40,982 nucleotides of DNA from NCBI GenBank assembly GCA_022704645.1, contig JAKJGA010000001.1, forward strand, positions 1 through 40,982. Direction: 5' to 3'. The notes beneath the pieces were generated by a model. It had not been told where the DNA came from, searched no databases, and saw nothing but the letters and a program-made list of their open reading frames with translations. The position numbers and the translations under genes were made by a program. This DNA is from Spirochaetota bacterium (GTDB lineage Bacteria; Spirochaetota; UBA4802; JAFGJZ01). This document shows positions 35,833 through 40,982 of the stretch, piece by piece. The stretch's first letter is position 1. The number at the start of each line of letters is the position of its first letter.

Positions 35833-36351
35833 ATGACTCAGTCCAATGCCGCTAAGGCGCAGTATTCGGAGAATCATCTCCCGAATTTTTTAAGAGAATC
35901 AGATGATAAAGTTTTAATCAGGACGAAATCATGGGGAGAAATTGAAGTTTTTTCCTCGCAGATTTTCTCCTTTCCTGAAGGTATTCTCGGATTTAACTTC
36001 GTAGACAGTTTTGCTTTTCTGCAGGAAGATTCGTCTCCGTTCATGTGGATGCAGGCTATCGGTGAACCTGATCTCTCTTTTGTAGTTATTGAACCTGAAT
36101 CATTTATGGATTCGTATGATCTTGCTGTTTCACAGAATGATATTGATTCTATTGGTGAAAAATCAATCGATAATATTAAAGTACTCTTTATTGTGACAAT
36201 TCCTGAGAAGACTTCCGATATGACAGCTAATCTTCAGGGCCCGATCATTTTAAATTTACAGAAAAAAACCGGGAAACAGTCTATAAGCCTTTCTGATAAA
36301 TATAAAACCCGTCACAGCATTCTTGAAGAGCTGAATAAACGGGGTAAATAA
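35833..36351 (+). CDS. fliW: Flagellar assembly factor FliW
   Basis: Has IFSFPEGILGFNFVDSFAFL and PFMWMQAIGEPDLSFVVIEP. Carries an N-terminal extension of about 27 aa compared with my recollection of typical FliW lengths. Confidence 0.88.
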   Translation: MTQSNAAKAQYSENHLPNFLRESDDKVLIRTKSWGEIEVFSSQIFSFPEGILGFNFVDSFAFLQEDSSPFMWMQAIGEPDLSFVVIEPESFMDSYDLAVSQNDIDSIGEKSIDNIKVLFIVTIPEKTSDMTANLQGPIILNLQKKTGKQSISLSDKYKTRHSILEELNKRGK

Positions 36352-36353
36352 TC

Positions 36354-36602
36354 ATGCTGGTTCTTGCACGTAAAACAAATGAAAGTATAATGATAGGGGA
36401 TGATATTGAACTTGTTGTCGTTGAAGTAAAAGGCGATCAGGTAAAGCTCGGCATTAAGGCCCCAAAAAAAATTGCAGTTCATAGAAAAGAAATTTTTGAT
36501 GAAATAAAACAAGCCAATATAAGTGCCGTGAGTCAGAAGTTTACACCGAATGCTCTTCGCGATCTATCAGATTATTTTAAAACCAAAGACGGAAAAGACT
36601 AG
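36354..36602 (+). CDS. csrA: Carbon storage regulator CsrA
   Basis: MLVLARKTNESIMIGDDIELVVVEVKGDQVKLGIKAPKKIAVHRKEIFDEI, with a C-terminal extension as in FliW-partnered CsrAs. Confidence 0.95.
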   Translation: MLVLARKTNESIMIGDDIELVVVEVKGDQVKLGIKAPKKIAVHRKEIFDEIKQANISAVSQKFTPNALRDLSDYFKTKDGKD

Positions 36603-36604
36603 AG

Positions 36605-37051
36605 CTATTTTCCGGTGAAAGGAATCGATTTGATCAAACGGTTGAGGAAGAAGTCGTCAACCGTTTTTGATTTATATACGTAAATTGCAGCCGTAACCCA
36701 TAGAGCCAAGGTGAATACACACATAAATTTCAAAAGAAATTCCGATCCGAAATCATCTGCTTTATAGAAAGCATAAGTCAAAGCTATCGGCCAGAATATG
36801 AAGTTGATATAAAACAGCAGAACGATTAGTTCTTTTAGAAATGCCATAATTACAGTATACCAGTCGGCTTTAAATGCGGTGTACCCTTTAAATACTTCCT
36901 CAAAGAAAAAATACATATAAAATGCAAATACTAATGTTGCTGCTATTTTCCAGAAGAATTCTAGCTTTGGTCTGAACCAGATAAAGAAAAGAGCTATTCC
37001 CCAAAGAGCCATAAAAATGAAAACTGAATTGAAAATGAGTGATTTTTCCAT
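36605..37051 (-). CDS. Small polytopic membrane protein, unknown
   Basis: 148-aa ORF with 4 hydrophobic helices. Its stop lies 2 nt from the convergent csrA stop. Confidence 0.5.
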   Translation of the reverse strand: MEKSLIFNSVFIFMALWGIALFFIWFRPKLEFFWKIAATLVFAFYMYFFFEEVFKGYTAFKADWYTVIMAFLKELIVLLFYINFIFWPIALTYAFYKADDFGSEFLLKFMCVFTLALWVTAAIYVYKSKTVDDFFLNRLIKSIPFTGK

Positions 37052-37074
37052 GTCTCTATTATCCTGGGAATTTA

Positions 37075-37434
37075 TTATTCTGCTTTTTTGTCGGAAGGAG
37101 ATTCTGATTTTATTTCGGTTGATTCAACCGATTCTTTGATAAGTCGTTTAATTATTTGAATTTCTATAACTTCTTTTGTCTTTTTGTTATAAGTGATTTT
37201 AACGATTTTATCTACCCAAATGAGATCTGAAGAAATGATATCGCCGTTTTCATCATAAATTTTTGTTTCATCACTAACCGAAAAAGTTTTCTCTGTTTTT
37301 CCTTTTTTAACAATCAGTTCGGAGCCGTTTACACTTATTACTCTGCCGGAGAACGTTTTGTTGCCGGTTGCATTTGAAAAAACACTCTGGAATGTTAATA
37401 AAAGAACTGCAGTAAAAATCAGATATTTTTTCAT
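37075..37434 (-). CDS. Small secreted beta-rich protein, unknown
   Basis: Signal peptide MKKYLIFTAVLLLTFQSVFS. 119 aa with an acidic/Ser-rich tail. Confidence 0.5.
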   Translation of the reverse strand: MKKYLIFTAVLLLTFQSVFSNATGNKTFSGRVISVNGSELIVKKGKTEKTFSVSDETKIYDENGDIISSDLIWVDKIVKITYNKKTKEVIEIQIIKRLIKESVESTEIKSESPSDKKAE

Positions 37435-37561
37435 TTGCTGTTTCCCCTTGTTATAGGATAAATTGTTTAAGAGAATCTGTCAAGATAGAAATTGAAGTAA
37501 CACCTTCGGAATTTTATTGACTTCCATTGCCGGATATTATAGGGGTTTCTTCGGGGGTTAT

Positions 37562-38059
37562 ATGCTGAAATTAATATCTTTTTTGCCGTTGCTGTTTGTG
37601 TTTCTTTTAGGTGCTGAACCTGAATTTTCATGGGAGTCGCAGCTTTCTGATGTTCGAAAAAACAGCCAGGGTAGTGAATTTTCCCGGGTCGAAATAAATC
37701 AGAATGTAATTTCATCAAATAAAATTCTTGCTCACATCAATTCAATTCACCCCGACGTGATATCTTTTGTTTCTATTTACAACAAGGGTACGTCTGAATA
37801 TGTGTTTATCAAGGATAAACTTATTTGTGTTTGTTCTACGGAATATCAGTTAAGCGGGGAATTGGCTGACAAAAAAATAAGTGATATTAGAAAGAATTAT
37901 AAGAATGAATCATTGATCAATGATAATGATATTACGACTTATAATCTTTACGATGATAAAACCATTGTAAATTTATCTGTGCGTGAACGCGGCGGGAAAA
38001 AAGACATCAGAGTATATTATTATCCTAAAAATCTGTTTTCAATTTTAGTTAAATTATGA
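37562..38059 (+). CDS. Secreted protein, unknown
   Basis: ATG 37562 yields the signal peptide MLKLISFLPLLFVFLLGA; the track start 37517 adds a non-signal leader. ATGA overlap with the next gene. Confidence 0.5.
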   Translation: MLKLISFLPLLFVFLLGAEPEFSWESQLSDVRKNSQGSEFSRVEINQNVISSNKILAHINSIHPDVISFVSIYNKGTSEYVFIKDKLICVCSTEYQLSGELADKKISDIRKNYKNESLINDNDITTYNLYDDKTIVNLSVRERGGKKDIRVYYYPKNLFSILVKL

Positions 38060-38886
38060 AGAAATTATTTTTTATTATATTTACTCTTCCTTTGATTCTG
38101 AACGCATCGGATAAAAAATATTATATCGTCAATTTCGGAGGTAATTCTGATTGTCCTGTTAAAGGCTGGACGAATAACGGGAAGTACGAAGAAATATTCA
38201 GGTGGGGAAGAGGTAAAAACCTTTTTCTTTCCGGTGATCTTTCACCTGTTTCAAACGGTACTGCCTCCTTTGTTTCAAAATTCGGTTCTTCAATTGAATT
38301 AACCGGATTAAAACAGCATGTAAGATATGTTTTGTGGATTGATTTTGTGCGTTTTAAGGATATGGATAAATCCGGACTTTCTTCAAGACTTGAGATATAT
38401 GCCGACAGAACTAAAATTTCCGATCTTGATGTTACAAAACTTCCGCTTGATAAATATGTAGGAATAGATATTCCTGATGATATAACTTTCAAGGGGGGCT
38501 GTATAATTACTTTCAAAGAGTATTCTTTGAATCCGGGTTTGTGGGGAGCATGGGATATTATAATTGCTGAAGAATCTTTTTTCCCTGATTCTTCTGAGGT
38601 TGAATCAGCTGATAATCCGCCGCCAGTAAAAGAAGTAAAATCCGGCATACAGCAGAAAAAAAATACTTTTAAAAAAGAAGTTAAAAAAAATACGCCTCAG
38701 GCTGATGTGAAAAAGAAAGAAGATAAGCCTGCTGATACTCCGAGAGAGGATGACAGCATAAAAAAATCAGTGAATGAATCCGTTAAAAAGGACTTACCTT
38801 CTGATTCAGGAAAAAACATGAAGGTTTTTGATGTTTTAGAACCCTTACCGCCGAAGGAGCCTTCTTTGCCGGATATTGTGGAATAG
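38056..38886 (+). CDS. Secreted protein with a beta-sandwich-like core and Lys/Pro-rich disordered tail, unknown
   Basis: Signal peptide MKKLFFIIFTLPLILNA. The tail reads PPPVKEVKSGIQQKKNTFKKEVKKNTPQADVKKKEDKPADTP. The antisense 175-aa ORF is rejected. Confidence 0.55.
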   Translation: MKKLFFIIFTLPLILNASDKKYYIVNFGGNSDCPVKGWTNNGKYEEIFRWGRGKNLFLSGDLSPVSNGTASFVSKFGSSIELTGLKQHVRYVLWIDFVRFKDMDKSGLSSRLEIYADRTKISDLDVTKLPLDKYVGIDIPDDITFKGGCIITFKEYSLNPGLWGAWDIIIAEESFFPDSSEVESADNPPPVKEVKSGIQQKKNTFKKEVKKNTPQADVKKKEDKPADTPREDDSIKKSVNESVKKDLPSDSGKNMKVFDVLEPLPPKEPSLPDIVE

Positions 38887-38972
38887 GCGAAAAAAACTCC
38901 GTAAATTTCGTTGACAAAAGTAATACCCCATTTTTGCCTGTTTTAAACGGAAAAACATAAGCCGAGGTTTTT

Positions 38973-39245
38973 ATGAGCAATGAACTTGAAAAAGATCTTG
39001 ATGATGAAGTTTATGAAGACAGCTATTACGACGATGACGAAGAAGAATTGGAAGATGAAGATGAAAAAGATCTTGATGATGAAGAATCTTCGGGTGAAGT
39101 TACTGTCAGCATGAGTTTTGTCTGCGAAGACTGCGACTACCGTTGGGATGACTATATTACCAAAGATTCGGATGAAGCAGAAGACGATGATGACATTGAT
39201 GTTGTCTGCCCAATGTGCGGATCTGTGAATGTCTCACAAATTTAA
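38973..39245 (+). CDS. Poly-acidic small protein with a C-terminal CxxC...CxxC zinc ribbon (FmdB-like)
   Basis: SD GAGGT lies upstream. The first ~40 of 90 aa are about two-thirds Asp/Glu. The ribbon is [10 protein letters not shown]...VVCPMCGS. The 3' end overlaps the uvrA start by 17 nt. Confidence 0.6.
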   Translation: MSNELEKDLDDEVYEDSYYDDDEEELEDEDEKDLDDEESSGEVTVSMSFVCEDCDYRWDDYITKDSDEAEDDDDIDVVCPMCGSVNVSQI

Positions 39246-40982
39246 GAGTTTCATTAAGGTAAGAGGGGCGCGGGAGCATAATCTCAAAAACATATCAGTT
39301 GATATACCGCGCGATTCTCTTGTCGTAATTACCGGCCTTTCCGGTTCAGGAAAATCATCACTGGCTTTTGACACAATCTATGCGGAAGGGCAGCGGCGTT
39401 ATGTTGAATCGCTCTCAGCTTACGCACGTCAATTTCTGGGTTTAATGGAAAAGCCCGATGTTGATTTTATTGACGGTCTGTCTCCGGCTATATCAATTGA
39501 ACAGAAAAGCAGTCATAGAAATCCGCGTTCCACTGTCGGTACTGTTACCGAGATACATGATTATTACCGCCTTCTTTTTGCGCGCATAGGTATTCCTTAT
39601 TGTCATAAATGCGGAAAAAAAATATCATCAATGTCTGTTGATCAGATAGTTGAAAATATAATGACAGTTCCGGAAAAAACCAAACTGGTCATAATGGCTC
39701 CTGTTGTACGCGGAAGAAAAGGTGAGCATTCGGATATAATTGAAAATGCACGGAAAAAAGGATTCGCCAGAGTCCGGATTGACGGTGAAATCAAGTCTCT
39801 TGAAGAAGAAATAAAACTCGCTAAGAATATAAAACATAATATTGATATAGTAGTAGACCGAATTGTAATGAAAGACGGCATACGCCCCCGTCTGGCTGAT
39901 TCTCTTGAAACTTCGCTTGATATGGGTTCAGGGCTTACGTCGGTGCTTATTGATGATGAAGAAAAACTGTTTTCATCACTTCTATCCTGTACTGATTGCG
40001 GTATTTCAATACCGGAACTTACTCCGCGTCTTTTTTCATTTAATGCTCCCTATGGTGCTTGTGATGAGTGCAGCGGTCTGGGTTTTCTTATGCGTTTTGA
40101 TGAAGATCTCATTGTGCCCGATAAAACAATTTCAATAGAAGATGGAGCTGTCCTGGCTTGGGGGAAACAGTGGACGGAAGAACAGGCGCGTCTATTAAAC
40201 AGAACTTTTTCTGTTGATACTTCTATACCATGGAAAAAACTTCCTAAAAATGTTACGGAATTTATTATGCATGGTACCAGTGATGCAAGAACGAAGCCGT
40301 ATCCGTACAACCGAGCTTTTGAAGGTGTTATTCCGAATCTTGAAAGAAGATATAAAGAGACTAACAGTGAAGATATCCGTGGATGGATGGAAGGGTTTAT
40401 GCATAATCAGATATGCCCATCCTGTAAAGGTGCAAGACTAAAGCCTGAAGTACTTTCAATCAAAGTTGCGGATAAATCGATTCATGATGTAAGTTCTATG
40501 TCTATTAAAAATTCAAAAATATTTTTTGACGGATTAAAACTTACTCCGACTGAAGAAAAAATAGCATTTCAGATTTTAAAAGAGATACGTCAAAGACTTA
40601 ATTTTTTGAATGATGTCGGTCTTGATTATCTGACTCTTGACAGAGCCGCCGGAACACTTTCCGGCGGAGAGGCACAGCGCATCAGACTCGCAACTCAAAT
40701 CGGTTCCGCTCTTACCGGTGTGTTATATGTTCTTGACGAGCCTTCTATCGGACTTCATCAGCGTGATAATGACAAATTGATTGCAACATTAAAACGTCTT
40801 AGGGAGCTCGGCAATACTGTTATTGTCGTTGAACACGATGAAGATACCATGCATGCATCGGATTATATCATAGATTTGGGTCCTGGCGCAGGTGAAGCGG
40901 GCGGGCATCTTATTGCCTGCGGAACTGCACAGGAAATAATGAAAAATAATGAATCTGTTACGGGCCGTTTTCTTTCGGGAAA
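39229..40982 (+). CDS. uvrA: Excinuclease ABC subunit A (5' part, runs off the window)
   Basis: Not in the ORF track because no stop is reached. Read manually from ATG 39229: [71 protein letters not shown]. Later motifs include CxxC zinc modules and [17 protein letters not shown]. Confidence 0.93.
   Translation, partial: MSHKFKSFIKVRGAREHNLKNISVDIPRDSLVVITGLSGSGKSSLAFDTIYAEGQRRYVESLSAYARQFLGLMEKPDVDFIDGLSPAISIEQKSSHRNPRSTVGTVTEIHDYYRLLFARIGIPYCHKCGKKISSMSVDQIVENIMTVPEKTKLVIMAPVVRGRKGEHSDIIENARKKGFARVRIDGEIKSLEEEIKLAKNIKHNIDIVVDRIVMKDGIRPRLADSLETSLDMGSGLTSVLIDDEEKLFSSLLSCTDCGISIPELTPRLFSFNAPYGACDECSGLGFLMRFDEDLIVPDKTISIEDGAVLAWGKQWTEEQARLLNRTFSVDTSIPWKKLPKNVTEFIMHGTSDARTKPYPYNRAFEGVIPNLERRYKETNSEDIRGWMEGFMHNQICPSCKGARLKPEVLSIKVADKSIHDVSSMSIKNSKIFFDGLKLTPTEEKIAFQILKEIRQRLNFLNDVGLDYLTLDRAAGTLSGGEAQRIRLATQIGSALTGVLYVLDEPSIGLHQRDNDKLIATLKRLRELGNTVIVVEHDEDTMHASDYIIDLGPGAGEAGGHLIACGTAQEIMKNNESVTGRFLSG

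Noticed and set aside
38121-38648. 175-aa antisense ORF inside the 276-aa secreted-protein gene
   Set aside because: The plus-strand ORF has a signal peptide, an ATGA coupling to its upstream gene and is longer. The antisense ORF has no SD or recognisable features.
1-40982. Search for CRISPR arrays, IS elements or transposases, integrases, tRNA/rRNA genes and long inverted or direct repeats
   Set aside because: None was recognised by eye. The only repeats seen are short (terminator hairpins and the GTTGATG-GCAAAA pair). A computational repeat scan could still reveal dispersed short repeats that I cannot detect manually.

Overview
All calls come from reading the ORF translations and the DNA by eye; no searches were run. 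The window looks like chromosomal DNA from a low-GC, probably spirochaete (Treponema-like) bacterium. That guess rests on flgN-flgK-flgL-fliW-csrA synteny, spirochaete-type lipoboxes and an outer-membrane-barrel-like protein.

The housekeeping backbone is a partial RNase P RNA, hisB-hisH-hisA, comM/yifB, valS, fusA, the flagellar hook-associated operon and uvrA. uvrA is open-ended and absent from the ORF track. Several markedly more A+T-rich accessory blocks sit between these genes.

Observations worth follow-up, most interesting first:
- A translationally coupled trio at 11340-15480. It encodes a metal-ligand-less Mre11/SbcD-fold protein, a Rad50/SMC-like ATPase whose coiled-coil apex is a transmembrane hairpin, and a TPR-like protein.
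- An in-frame fusion of a complete acyltransferase-3 domain to a MalG-type ABC permease. It lies in a sugar-uptake locus that has an AGE-fold lipoprotein where a binding protein is expected.
- A near-perfect sigma-54 promoter driving a 64-aa Cys-rich ORF.
- Two permease-less ABC ATPases, one coupled to an MscS channel and one coupled to a degenerate phosphoesterase lipoprotein.
- A poly-acidic zinc-ribbon ORF overlapping the uvrA start.

No CRISPR array, transposase, integrase, tRNA or rRNA was seen.
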